A DNA stretch of 64,000 nucleotides from sequence record NC_048046.1; one strand, 5' to 3'. The notes under the pieces were generated by a model, which saw only the letters and a program-made list of their open reading frames with translations, made no database searches and was not told the origin of the DNA. Each line of letters opens with the position of its first letter. The stretch's first letter is position 1. The position numbers and the translations under genes were made by a program. Positions 28,589 through 39,597 of this stretch are shown here, in pieces.

Positions 28589-30595
28589 CAGCGCGGGTCC
28601 TTCTCTCCAGCCTTCATGGCGGTTTCGATGGTCGAGTAGCGCGCGACATAGTCGATCACGCCCGAGTCGAGCTTGCGGTACAGCACGAACGGCCGCGCCG
28701 CCGGCTGCATGGTTTTGGTCAGGCAGTCCTGAACGATCTGGTAGCGCGGGTTCGCGGCGTTCCACGCGGCGATCCGTTCACGGTACTTGTCGTAGGGATT
28801 GATGCGGGCCATCGGGGTCTCCTCTTGATCGTCACGGTTCTTGTAAAGAAACAACGTGACCGATGCAAGCAGTAAATCACCGCACTGGCATGATCTTCAG
28901 GAGTCGAAGCAACTGCATGATCGCGCGGGCCGTTGCCAAGGCCCTATCGGCGTGCTCTTGCTCGATCACCGCGCCAGTGTCGTCGATAATCCAGGCCGTC
29001 GGATCGATGAGCCACGCGATCCGAACCTCCAGGTTCCGCTCGTCTACCGAGGTCACGCCGGCGACGCGGGCGTCGTCCAGGATGCGATCGAACATCTCGC
29101 CCTGGATCGTGCCGTAGAACATGCCGTGCGTGCGCAGGCTGCCGGCGATCGCGTGGCTCTGGCGGGCGATCAGGTCGAGGTTTTCGGACTTCATTTCATC
29201 CCCAGCCCGCGTTCCCAACGGTAGAGCCGCCGGATGTGGTAAACGGTTCCGCTGCCTCCCCAGCCCGAACCGCTCGGCAGCCGACGCTCAGCAGCCTCGC
29301 GGGTCTTGTGGCGTGAGACGATCTTCCCGCCCCGCTGGCGCTGGCCGTTGCGGATGTCGACAGCGATGACCGCCCACTTATGGCAGGCCGCGCTCATTTC
29401 GCGTCCTCGGACAACTCTCGAAGGAATTCCAGTTCGCGTTCCAGGCGACCCTCTTCCCGAGCCGCCTCCAGCAGCGCGGCCGTGGCTTCGCTGACGCGGA
29501 CGCCTGTGAAGAAGATGCGCAGCGGGCCGGGTACCACGTTGGTGATCAGGGCGCGATCCTGCATGGTCAGGTCAGCCAATGTATTCCTCCAGGCCCAGCA
29601 CATGGAAGAAATCCATGCGCATTCTTGCCAGTACCACTTCCTCCGCTTCCTTGCGCACGTCGTCGGGCAGCGGCTGACTGGTCAGCGCGCCATGCTCGCC
29701 GTACCAGTGTTCGGGCGTCGCGGTGTCGCTGTGCTGCACGGCCATGTGGGCGATGACGTACCAGCGCATGTTGTTGTCCACGTCCAGGCTGACGCCGTGG
29801 TAGAAATGCGTCGTCTCGCGCAGCCGCTTGTCCAGGCGCATCGCGGTGATGAACTTCGGGATGTCCTCTTCCGGGCCGCGCCCGTTGATGAACATCACCA
29901 TCGCGGCGTGTTCGTCGTACGAGAGCGGATAGATCGGTTGCAGCAGGTCGAAGGTCATCTCAGGACTCCTGGCTGGGAGCCGGCAGAGCAGCCAAGCCGC
30001 CGCCGGCTGCGATAGCGAGCTTGACGTTCTCGTTGAGATCGCCCTTGCGCAGGAAGCCGTCCAGACGGTCGATCAGGCCCTGCATGCTGACGATCATGTT
30101 GAAGAAGAAGGCTTCGGCCTCCTCCGACCACGGGATGACCTTGCGGTACTGGCTGTTCTCGGCCGAGCCCTCGTGATGCAGGGGCGCTTCCTCGAACTGC
30201 TGGCTGTAGACATGCTTCCCGACCTTAATCAGAACGTCATACTGAAGCCCGAGTCGCACCGTAGGCAGATGGTCGTGAGCCCACGACTGGAATTCCTTCG
30301 CCTGATGGCCATCGCGGCGATCACGACGGTAGTAGACGACGATCACCTTCTCGCGGGCGAGGTTGCGCAGCGCGACCTTGTACTGAGCGATCTTGCGCTC
30401 GTAGTCGCGTTTGGTCTGGTTCAGGTCACGGCCGTGGACCTGTGGCACGCAGCCCAGCAGGTCGACGACCTCTTTGCGGAGCTTGATCGTGAAGATGCCG
30501 GTATCGGAATCCAGGTGGATGTCCGCACGCTTCTTCACGTCGAAGCTGTCCGGGTCTGGCAGGGGCCAATCGTAGCCCATCGTTCCGACTTGCAT
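28585..30595 (-). CDS. hypothetical genes (28585-28812, 28877-29194, 29191-29397, 29572-29958, 29960-30595)
   Basis: RBS plus promoters at 28842 and 30623; ORF track. Confidence 0.6.
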
Positions 30596-30641
30596 GGGGT
30601 CTCCTTTGATCGTCAAGCTTCGTGTAAAGAAACGAGGGCGA

Positions 30642-31267
30642 TCATGCAAGCGGAATCTTCGGTGTGCCTCGATAGTTCGCCGCGTTGCCGTAGTTGCGGC
30701 AGGTCACGATTCGCTTGTCGCAGGTCTCGCCGGCGCCCGGCTGATAGCCGCACGATTGGTCGCCGAAGCGGGCCGGACACAAGCCGTCAACCTGGAGCGG
30801 CTTACGCGCGTCCACCGCCGCCATCGCCTGCTCTGGAGTAGCCCAGGACATCAGAGGCGGAGCACAGCGGACACCACGCCCGCTCACCTTGCGGATTGCC
30901 GCGCCGCCTTCATCGTTCGGCCCGGAGACGTAGGCGTTCCATCGGCCCCTGTGCGTCATGGTCACGCAGGACCGGTCGGTGCGGTCGAAGCGATCGTCAG
31001 ATGTGCGGGTCCAGGTCACGGCAGCACCACCGGCGTCACGCGGTGCGCCGGCAGGCGCGTGATCTCGTCGCTGTAGGTATCGACGCGGATGTCGTAGTGG
31101 GTCGGCTTGGTCGCCGGCTCGACGCGCAGGAACTCCACCTCGAACGAGCCGGGTTGACGCAGGAAGTGCGCCGGTGAGTCGCCTCCGTCGCGGTAGACCC
31201 AGGGATTGGGCTTGCCGGCCGTGATCCGACGGCGCCAGCGCCACGCGTCACATTGCTGTACGCTCAT
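30642..31267 (-). CDS. two hypothetical genes (30642-31019, 31016-31267)
   Basis: GTGA overlap; the first ends in a Cys cluster CPARF..C..C..C. Confidence 0.5.
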
Positions 31268-31424
31268 CGAAACCTCCGCAGGGTAAGCACGAGACCCAGC
31301 GCCGGCAGCGATAGCAGGGCGACCAGCGTGCCCAGGTTGCCGAACTTGTCGTGTGCCCAGCCGATCGCGATGAACCATATGATGAGCAAGACGAAGGCGC
31401 CGGGCGGGATGGGGCCGAGGTACA

Positions 31425-32087
31425 TCACGATTCCCTCGTGCCGGCGGGCAGAAAGCACTCGGCGGTGTCGGTCGGCGCGTGCCGGAGGCGGCCGTAGTTG
31501 ACGCTGATTTCATCAGGCGACATGAACTGGTTCATGACCTGGACGCGCTCGACGTCGAAGATCATGTCGCGGAACTTCCCGTCCTTGGTCGCGCAGGCGA
31601 AGCTGATCTCGTTGAACACCGTGTTGGCGGAGGTGCGGTCGGGCAGCGCGTACACCTTGTCAGCGATCCGCATCCACAGAGCGTCGCGGCGCTTGGTCAG
31701 CTTCTCCATCTCGGCAGCGACCTCCTCGCACTCGCGCAGGAAGTCCTCGGTCAGGATGTCGCGGATCGGCGGGTTGAGACGGGCGACCTGCCGCGCGGTG
31801 CGATCGGGCTCGGGATAGGGGAACTTCGCCCCGGCGATGATGCGAACCTCGCCGTCCGCCCAGGAACCGTCGACCACGTCGATCTCGCCATCTTCTTCCA
31901 TCTTGCGAGCCGCCTGCATGCCCGTCTGGCCCCACGTATGCTGGTCCAGCCTCATGCAAGGCTTCGCCTGCGGGTTCCACAGCGGAATGAGGTCGCCTTT
32001 CCGGAGGCGTGCCTGAAGAACAACGCCTTGCTGAAGCATCGTCATGATGATCATGGTGCGGCTTTCCGCGACGGTCGGCGCGATCAT
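31425..32087 (-). CDS. hypothetical protein, N-terminal domain paralogous to 32090..32377
   Basis: AARKMEEDGEIDVVDGSWADGEVRIIAGAKFP vs AAKRMVVAGEIVVVGGSLENGEANLLAGPNFP. Confidence 0.65.
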   Translation of the reverse strand: MIAPTVAESRTMIIMTMLQQGVVLQARLRKGDLIPLWNPQAKPCMRLDQHTWGQTGMQAARKMEEDGEIDVVDGSWADGEVRIIAGAKFPYPEPDRTARQVARLNPPIRDILTEDFLRECEEVAAEMEKLTKRRDALWMRIADKVYALPDRTSANTVFNEISFACATKDGKFRDMIFDVERVQVMNQFMSPDEISVNYGRLRHAPTDTAECFLPAGTRES

Positions 32088-32089
32088 CG

Positions 32090-32377
32090 TTAGGCCTCCT
32101 TCGGGAAGTTGGGGCCGGCGAGCAGGTTGGCTTCGCCGTTCTCCAGCGAGCCGCCCACCACGACGATCTCGCCGGCGACGACCATGCGTTTCGCGGCCGT
32201 GAAGGCGCGCGAGCCATAGCTGTACCGCGACAGCGACATCTCGGGCAGGCCGGTCGGGTTCCAGCGGGCGACCATGGCGACTTGACCCGTGCGCAGCAGG
32301 CGTCGAGCCGCCTCACCACCCTCGCGCATGCGCTGGAGGATGTGTTCGCGGTTCTGGGCGATCGTCATGAGCGGCAT
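32090..32377 (-). CDS. hypothetical protein
   Basis: AAGGAG RBS downstream of the promoter at 32406. Confidence 0.65.
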   Translation of the reverse strand: MPLMTIAQNREHILQRMREGGEAARRLLRTGQVAMVARWNPTGLPEMSLSRYSYGSRAFTAAKRMVVAGEIVVVGGSLENGEANLLAGPNFPKEA

Positions 32378-32445
32378 CTGGGTCTCCTTGCTTCGTCGAG
32401 ATGGTTGTAAAGAAACATCCCTAGACGCGCAAGCGGTATTTTCGG

Positions 32446-32703
32446 CTAGATGGAAGAGACGTAGCGAGCGTGGCTGTTCGAGAAACCCTCGCGCACGTCA
32501 TCCATAATCAGCGTATGGTGAGCGAGGATCGCGAGATCGTCGTGATGTTCGAGGTCAAACCGTCGCGCCTCTACGCCGCAGCGCATGATGCGCTCCTGGA
32601 TACGGCTATCCAGTTCAACCATCGAAGGTGCCTTGGGAGGGGCATAGCCGAACCGCTGCTGGAAGCGATCCCGTACGTGTAGGCACCAGTCGTCGAAGGT
32701 CAT
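32446..32703 (-). CDS. hypothetical protein
   Basis: GAGGA RBS, ORF track. Confidence 0.55.
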   Translation of the reverse strand: MTFDDWCLHVRDRFQQRFGYAPPKAPSMVELDSRIQERIMRCGVEARRFDLEHHDDLAILAHHTLIMDDVREGFSNSHARYVSSI

Positions 32704-32712
32704 TCTCGTTCC

Positions 32713-32931
32713 TCAGTCGTTAATCGGGCGGTGATGGATCGCGGTCGAGGTGATCCGCACGCCGTTCCGCTTGAACGCCGCTTTGATCTCCTTCAGCACG
32801 AACGGAAGGGTATCACGGGCGCCGCGCTCGTAGTCCGCGATCGTGGACGTGGAGCAGTCGATCTGCTTGGCGAGGTCGTGCTGTGTCCAGCCCAGAAGGA
32901 CACGGGCGGCTTTACACTGCGCGCGCTTCAT
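32713..32931 (-). CDS. XRE-family helix-turn-helix regulator
   Basis: QCKAARVLLGWTQHDLAKQIDCSTSTIADYERGAR, a classic alphaproteobacterial Cro/C1 HTH. Confidence 0.85.
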   Translation of the reverse strand: MKRAQCKAARVLLGWTQHDLAKQIDCSTSTIADYERGARDTLPFVLKEIKAAFKRNGVRITSTAIHHRPIND

Positions 32932-35900
32932 CAGCCGACCTGCTCGAACACCTTGCGCATGTCGTCCTTCGGTAGGCCGTACTTCGCGAGGTCGCGTGTG
33001 GCGTCAGTGGTGTGCCGCATCACATAGGTCTGGATATCGCTGAAGTCGTAACCGGCCTGGGCCAGAACGACGATCGCCTGATAGAGCCGCTGCCGCGCGA
33101 AGGTAGTCGGCGACCGATCGGAGAGCGGGCCTTGCTCATCGTGGAAGGTCGACGCGATGTCACGCCCGTCTCCGTTGTAGATGCGCTTGTCCTGGCTCAT
33201 TGGTTGACCTCGATGACCATCGACTTGCGAGCGCAGAAGCTCGGGCCGGTCGAGCCGCTGATCCAGACGCCGCCACGCGAGCGGCAGAGTTCGGCCTTCT
33301 CGCGACCGGCGCGGGACTCCTGCGCAGCGAAATAGAACAGCAGGCATAGCAGTGTGCCGACGATCGCGATGAAGGCGATGACTTTGTCCATCAAGTTTCT
33401 TCTCCTTCCAGGGTGTCGAGGCAGCTTTCGATCGTCATGACCGCGAAGCGCTGTCCGGCCGATACGAACGTCTTGTCGTTGATGTCCGTCTTGACCACGG
33501 CGCCGGTGAAGGCGCGGCCCGACAGCATCAGATCGCGCAGACGATAGGCGTACTGGTGATGCTCCGGACGGAACGCGTAGCTGGTGCCCTTCGTGCGGTC
33601 GACGCCCTTCCAGACTGGCTGCACCGACAGGCTGCCCGGTACGGGAAAGTCGCCCGGCTCCAGATCGACGCGGTCGAGCAGGTGCAGATAGGGGCCGGCG
33701 GGCGGAGGAGGCGACGACACGCGGTTCATTGCTCGCGCTTCCAAACCAGGACGCTCCAGGTGCTGACCTCAGGATCATAGTCGCCCTGCTGCATTGCGTA
33801 CGGCGACTCAGCGTAGTCGTAGCCGCCCTCGACGAAGATTTCCGTCACCTCGGGGTGGTGGGCCTCGATCGTCGCGATCAGGACGTCGAACTTCCACTTC
33901 GTCTTCCACTCGTCGCCGGGGACCGACTCGACCAGGGGGCCGGCGCGCTCGCGGCCGTCGCTGGTCATGACCCAGGTACCACGCGACTGATAAACGCCGC
34001 GCTGACCGACCGAGTGCCGGGCTTCGACCAGCGCAGCGGCGCGGGCCTCGGCGATCGCGGCGAGCATGTCAGCGTGGTTCGGAAAGAGCTTCATCTGGGC
34101 CTCCTGTTTAATTGCTCGCGCAATTCATTCGTCCAGGAGGCTTGTAAAGAAACATCTACCGAAGCGCAAGCGGAAATATCACGGCCAATCGTGGGCGCGC
34201 TTGATCTGATCCTGGATCACGCCGATGACGTGTTCCTTCGTCTTCGCGCGGTCGCAGTCAGCGGTGATCGATAGGAACACCGACGGACCGAAGGCGCCGT
34301 CGTATTCGACGTTCTCGACGCCGGCGATCAGTTCGAGCCGTTCCGTGAGGGTCGGCTTGAGGCCGTGCTTGGGTTCCGTGAGACGTGCGACCGCCAGCCG
34401 TTCGGCCTTCGCGAGGGCGTCGTATGCTTCCTGGCCGAGGTCGACGGTATAGCTAGTCTGCACCGGCTTCAGCGTAAGGCCCTTGAGCGCGTCAATCCGT
34501 CGCGACTCCTGGACAGCGGCCCGGACCCGATCCTTGAACGTCTGCATCACTCGACCTCGTACAGGCGGGCCAGCATGTCGCTGACGTCTTGATCGTCGAA
34601 AGTCGCGCTCTTGTGCAGCTTCTCGATCAGGGCCGCGAGCACGAATCCGATCCCCACGTCGACCACGGCATGGCTCAACGGCACCGGCGTCGCGGTCGGG
34701 ATGTTCGCCTGTCTGACCTTCATCATCATGTCCTCGTGGTGTTAGGGGAAGAAGCTGTACTCGCCAGTCTCGACCAGCGTCACTTCCCTGGGGTCGGTAG
34801 TCCAGGTCGCGCCCAGCACGTCGACGATGTCGGGATTGTTCAGCAGGCCGCGCTCATGCAGCTTGCCGATCAACCGGCTGATCGTGACGCTCATGTGGAG
34901 CGCGCTCTTCTGCACCTCGTGGCGCGCGGCTTCCTCGGCGCTGTAGCGCACGATGCCGTCGTCTTCAGAGTCGACTTCCTGCTCGCGCTGATAGAACGTC
35001 ACCACGCACCTCCGTTAGCTCTTCGGAGTCGATCATACGAAGACATCGGGGTGTCGGCGCGTGCCTCGAACCGGGCGCGCGCGGCGGCGTGCTTACCCAG
35101 CAGTTCGGCGTGCTGGAGAACGTCCAAGGAGTCGGCGCCGGGCGGCAGCAGATAGGTGTCCTTGACGTAGACGAACGTCTTCCCGCCCTTACGGACTTCC
35201 TCATACGCGGCCTTCACATCCTCATTGAGGATGCCGATTTCGCCCGTCCCTATGCCGTACTGGCTGTAGAACTGGAGAACGACTGCCCAGGACAACGGCG
35301 TGCCTTGCAGCGCCTGTTGAGCCACGATGCCTACCACCTTGCGGTGCAGATTCTTGAGTTCGGCGATGCGATCGCGAGTCACCATCATCCCTTAATCATC
35401 TCCCGCAGATCGGTGCGGCCGAAGCCGGTCACCTCCAGAAGGCTCTCCATGAATTCTCGATCGCGCTGCTTGACCGCATTCTCGGCCTCCTCGATCAGGC
35501 CCGGCCCATTCGGGTAGCCACGCAGTGCTTCCCAGCGCGCGCCGCTGGCGGTCTGCGCCTCGCGCGCGAGATCGCGGACCAAGGTACGAGCTTCACGCAG
35601 GGCCTTCGCGCGTTCTTGCAGCGTGGGCTTCGCGGCACGCGGGGGCTTCGGCAGCGCCTTCCTGTAACGTTCGGCGCCAGCGCACGCGGCCTCGAAGGTC
35701 GCGTAGCGGGACACGTACTGCTTACCCTTCCCGGTTCGGCTGCTGAGGCTGAAGGGGCGCTTGGCCCACCGGTTGTCGGCGGTCACCATCTCGTAGGCGA
35801 TCTCGAAGTCGCTGTTCTGGTTGTTCCAGATCGCGATGCGGACCCGATAGGCGTCGAAGGTCATCGGCGCTTCAGCACCTCGGGCGCCGGCGTGTCGTCC

Positions 35901-36502
35901 TCGACATCCCAGGTCAGGAAGTGATTGCCGTCGTGATCGAACAGGCTCTCCTCCTTGGTCATCAGGATCGTGTCGCCGGCCGCGTCCAGCAGCAGGATGA
36001 AACCGTTCCGGCGCTTCACCTTGGCGATAGTGCGCTCTTGCAGAGTTTCGATCAGGGTCATGTGGTCCTCCTAGACGAGATCGCGCAGCGTGTCTTTGCG
36101 CTTCATCGCACGCCAATAGTTCAGGACGCCGTCCGGCGTGGTGTCGTACAGGGCGGGATCACGCCTGTTGACGCCGGCGAGATCGAGGACATCGTAGACC
36201 GCCAGCATAGCGTTAGCGCAATCAGCGACGCTGGGCTCGGGCTTCTCGGCCGTGACCTTGAAGTTTCGACGCAGCACCCTGGCGATCATCTCGTCGAGCT
36301 TGCTCCACGGGAAAGCGGCGTCCAGCATGACGCAGAACTCCTGGCCGATCTCGAACACGAGACCCGGCGAAGCGCGATCATGCGGAGGCTTGAAGAACAT
36401 GTCTTCGATGAAGACCCACCGATCTTCAGCCTTCTCCCAGGCCTGCGCGATCTCCACCGTAAAGCGGGGGCGCAACAGATTAACGCGGTCGCGGTTCAGC
36501 AT
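32931..36502 (-). CDS. chain of short hypothetical genes (32931-33200, 33197-33391, 33391-33729, 33726-34094, 34179-34550, 34547-34729, 34742-35005, 34999-35388, 35385-35864, 35861-36061, 36071-36502)
   Basis: Tight overlaps; promoters at 34143 and 36533; ORF track. Confidence 0.6.
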
Positions 36503-36621
36503 GGGGTCTCCTTATTGATCGTCACCGTGACCAGTAAAGAAACAACATGACGCGCGCAAGCGGAAAATTCAATTATGAGTTAACCGCTAACGGGCGCCGC
36601 CCCCGCGAGGCAACCGATCCC

Positions 36622-37302
36622 CTAAACCCAGAGCACCCGACGCTCTAGCGCCTGATAATGCTCCTGCCCCATCGGCGTGCGGACCAGCGCCATCATGGTG
36701 TCGCCCACCCACTCCGGCCGCAGGTGCGCCGACAGAACAGCGCGCCAGCGCCAGTCCCCATCACGGACCTGATATTGGTCCAGCACTGTACGAGGCAGCG
36801 CCCCACCAACCGGTGGTCCCATGAAGACACGCTTGCGGGTGCGGGCCACGGCGTCAATTCGAGCGAGATCGCTGTCGCGGAACGGGCGGCCCAGGTTCTT
36901 GGGCGGCGCCCCCTGAGCTAGGCGGTCCAGTACGGTGGGGCCGTTGCCCTTGATGGCCATGAAGTCCTGCATCATGTCGCCGGCCTGCTCGCTGATCCGA
37001 TACGCCAGCGCGACCTGACCGCGACGGATCGCCTCGCGCCGCATCCAATAGGTCGGGCCGGGGTCATTGGGGTACACGAACCGCCAGTCCTGCTCCACGA
37101 GAAGCTTTGCGTCCATCATGTACTGGAACACCTCCGGATCGAAATCCGACCGCTCTCGCGCCGTATTGCCCTCGGCCGTCCAGTCCGCCAGCAGTGCGGT
37201 GACGCGGTCGTGCATCGGCGTCACAGCTTGAGCCGCCACCGGGATCGCAGAGACTACCACGGCCGCGCCGGCGGTGGTCAGTAAGGTACGACGATTGATC
37301 AT
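36622..37302 (-). CDS. putative Tat-exported protein
   Basis: MINRRTLLTTAGAAVVVSAIPVAAQA: twin-Arg, hydrophobic core, AQA cleavage site. Confidence 0.6.
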   Translation of the reverse strand: MINRRTLLTTAGAAVVVSAIPVAAQAVTPMHDRVTALLADWTAEGNTARERSDFDPEVFQYMMDAKLLVEQDWRFVYPNDPGPTYWMRREAIRRGQVALAYRISEQAGDMMQDFMAIKGNGPTVLDRLAQGAPPKNLGRPFRDSDLARIDAVARTRKRVFMGPPVGGALPRTVLDQYQVRDGDWRWRAVLSAHLRPEWVGDTMMALVRTPMGQEHYQALERRVLWV

Positions 37303-37311
37303 GAGCCCCTC

Positions 37312-37920
37312 TAGCCGACACAGTCGCTATTTCCCCTCACCATTATAGGAGACCCGCGTAGCGGTCAAAAGGGAATCTCGACCATTCGAGCAGCACGCGT
37401 AACGCGCAGCAGGACACGCGTCGCGAGTCCAGGAGTCAGCTAGAATAATTGGGACACGGCGTAGCCGGTCGTCGGAAAAATTTAGCCGACACAGTCGCAT
37501 GGCCGACACGACTTACCGTATTCGGTAATATGGAGCCAATTTGCCCGCCCTGGTGCATCGTTTTACCGAATACGGTAACGCAGTCGACATGAGACCGGCA
37601 TGGTCGCATGGGCGTCTCGACCATCTCGTCAATTGATTGTCCGGAGGACGAGCCGGCGGCAGCCGGTCACGAGGCGCGAAGCGACGAGTGAGAGCCCCTG
37701 ATCATCTTGGTCGTCTCGACCATCTAGGCATCTTGACCATCTAGGCATCTTGACCATCTCGGGCGTGAGCCCTTATTCCTCCTGAGCGTATGGTGCCCTG
37801 GTCTACTGTACTCTTGTTCTCTTGGCGCCCTGGGTCTACTGTTCCCCCGTTCTCTCGTTCTCTTGGTGTCCGAAGGACGAGCCGGCGGCAGCCGGTCACG
37901 AGCGCAGGCGAAGCCCAGCG
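37312..37920. repeat. repeat-rich non-coding zone at the strand switch
   Basis: TAGCCGACACAGTCGC x2 (37312, 37483); inverted 16-mers 37513-37528/37563-37578; 28-mer x2 (37646, 37875); 17-bp tandem 37718-37759. Confidence 0.8.
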
Positions 37921-37993
37921 AGTGATGTGCCAGGATCGTTGACACCGGGCTGCCAGTATTCTAGACATGGTTAACTCCGACCTGGATTAACCG

Positions 37994-39253
37994 ATGTCCC
38001 GCACCCCACAGATTCAGAAGACGATCCACGGTGAGCCCGTGGACCACACCACCTACCTCCGCGCCATCCTGGACGAGATTGACCGCTATCCCGACGGCGC
38101 GCGCAACGCCGACATCGCCCGTGGCCTGGGCGCTGAGTGGGCCGAACTGCCCCTGCGCACCGTCCTGTCCCAGACCCTGGTGAACATGGCGCGCCGCAAC
38201 CTGATCTACCGCGACCTCGGCGAGCGCGGCCTGTATAAGGTGTCGATGGTGGCGCGCCGCGCCGGCGTGAACAAGTTCGACTCCGATGAGCAGTCGATCC
38301 TTGCCGCAATCCGCGCCGAAGGCGGGATTTGCCAGTGGCGCGACATCCTGGATGCCCACGACTGCCGCCCGAAGGGCGTCGACGCCGACGTGATCAAGGC
38401 GTCGCCACTCTATACGCGCCTGCATCGCGTGATCGCCAACAGCCAACTCATCCGTCAGGATTTCGCGGCCCGAGGCGTCTACAACCTGCCCTGGGCCGAA
38501 CTCGGCAGCCTACCGCTGCGCGGCAAGTGGTACGCCCTCATGTCGAAGGTCTCGTTCATCGAGTCCTGCGCAAAGGCGAAGGTCGATCTCGATCTGGACG
38601 TCTGGCGCGATCAGCGCGACGCCTATTTCGCCCACGTCGGCGAAGCGTTCGCGAACCTCCGCAAGCAGTTCGGCGACAGCGAAGACGATCTCCTGGCCGA
38701 CAGCCGCATCTACGGCGCCGTCGTGGCCCTGGCGCGCGCCGCGCCCAAGGAGGTCAACATCATCCGCGCCGAATGGCGAGACCGTACGGACGTATGGGTC
38801 CAGGCGCGGCGTGATGCTGCTGAAGCCGAAGCTGACGCCCTGGAGGCCGAGGGCAAGACCTGGAACCACCTCCAGCCGATCGTGCGGCAAGATATCGAGG
38901 AGCACCGCGCCGGCCGTGACGAGGAGTGGGAGAAGAAGCACATCCGCTGGCTCTATTCCCGCTTCGAGCGCGGAACGGTCGGCACGCATGTTCATGCGCC
39001 GCTGCTGCTCTATACGGCGGTGGCGGAGCACTATGGGAAGTGCCCGGCAGCGCTCAGCCGAGGCCTGATCGTCGACAAGCCGCACGACGACGTTCGCCTG
39101 CGCCCACATCGGTCGCGCCGGACGAACTACGAAATCATCCAAGAGCAGATTGCCAACGAGATTGCTGACGAACGTCAGCGCGAGTTCCTCTATCAGGACG
39201 ACATTGACCTGGACGAGGAATTGGACATCGACGAGACGCCCACGTTGGGGTGA
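37994..39253 (+). CDS. 419-aa hypothetical DNA-binding protein (N-terminal wHTH-like)
   Basis: Strong GC3 codon bias; GARNADIARGLG..LSQTLVNMARRNLIYR resembles a wHTH; followed by a terminator. Confidence 0.75.
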   Translation: MSRTPQIQKTIHGEPVDHTTYLRAILDEIDRYPDGARNADIARGLGAEWAELPLRTVLSQTLVNMARRNLIYRDLGERGLYKVSMVARRAGVNKFDSDEQSILAAIRAEGGICQWRDILDAHDCRPKGVDADVIKASPLYTRLHRVIANSQLIRQDFAARGVYNLPWAELGSLPLRGKWYALMSKVSFIESCAKAKVDLDLDVWRDQRDAYFAHVGEAFANLRKQFGDSEDDLLADSRIYGAVVALARAAPKEVNIIRAEWRDRTDVWVQARRDAAEAEADALEAEGKTWNHLQPIVRQDIEEHRAGRDEEWEKKHIRWLYSRFERGTVGTHVHAPLLLYTAVAEHYGKCPAALSRGLIVDKPHDDVRLRPHRSRRTNYEIIQEQIANEIADERQREFLYQDDIDLDEELDIDETPTLG

Positions 39254-39278
39254 AGTCGAAACGGACCAGAAGTTGAAG

Positions 39279-39305
39279 AGGCCGCCCAATCGGGCGGCCT
39301 TTTTA
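39279..39305 (+). terminator. Rho-independent terminator
   Basis: AGGCCGCCC-AATC-GGGCGGCCT followed by a T-run. Confidence 0.85.
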
Positions 39306-39415
39306 TTTATAGGCGTTTTAGACCTAAAATACACCATAGGCACTTTAACCTCAAGTTGCGCAGAATTTATAAGCTTTATGGACCACAATTTAACCAAATA
39401 GGGCGATCGTCCGCG

Positions 39416-39597
39416 CTCCCCTCTTTACCCTAGAATTACTAAAGCACTTCTCGACTAGTGATTAACCACACCACCGTAGCGTTCCTGGCGGCTCTCCCCT
39501 CTTTACCCTAGAACCACTGAAGCACTTCTCGACCGATAATTAACCACTACCGATACCGCTCCTTTATGGTCTATTTTTAATAGAGAAGTGCTTTAGT
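39416..39597. repeat. AT-rich direct and inverted repeats
   Basis: About 55-bp unit at 39416 and 39494 (CTCCCCTCTTTACCCTAGAA..AAGCACTTCTCGAC..TTAACCAC); 39583-39597 is the exact reverse complement of 39438-39452. Confidence 0.8.

Larger units (their letters stand above)
11516..36559 (-). promoter_or_regulatory. family of nine minus-strand promoters TTG(A/C)NN-N10-GTTTCTTTAC(A)
   Basis: + strand (T/A)GTAAAGAAAC at 11516, 15022, 15679, 18061, 28842, 30623, 32406, 34143, 36533; each is followed 9-10 nt later by TGTCAA/GGTCAA/GCGCAA/ATGCAA and lies just upstream of a minus-strand gene. Confidence 0.85.

Noticed and set aside
37327-37970. Short minus-strand ORFs in the strand-switch region
   Set aside because: They translate repeats, have no RBS and overlap each other in several frames.
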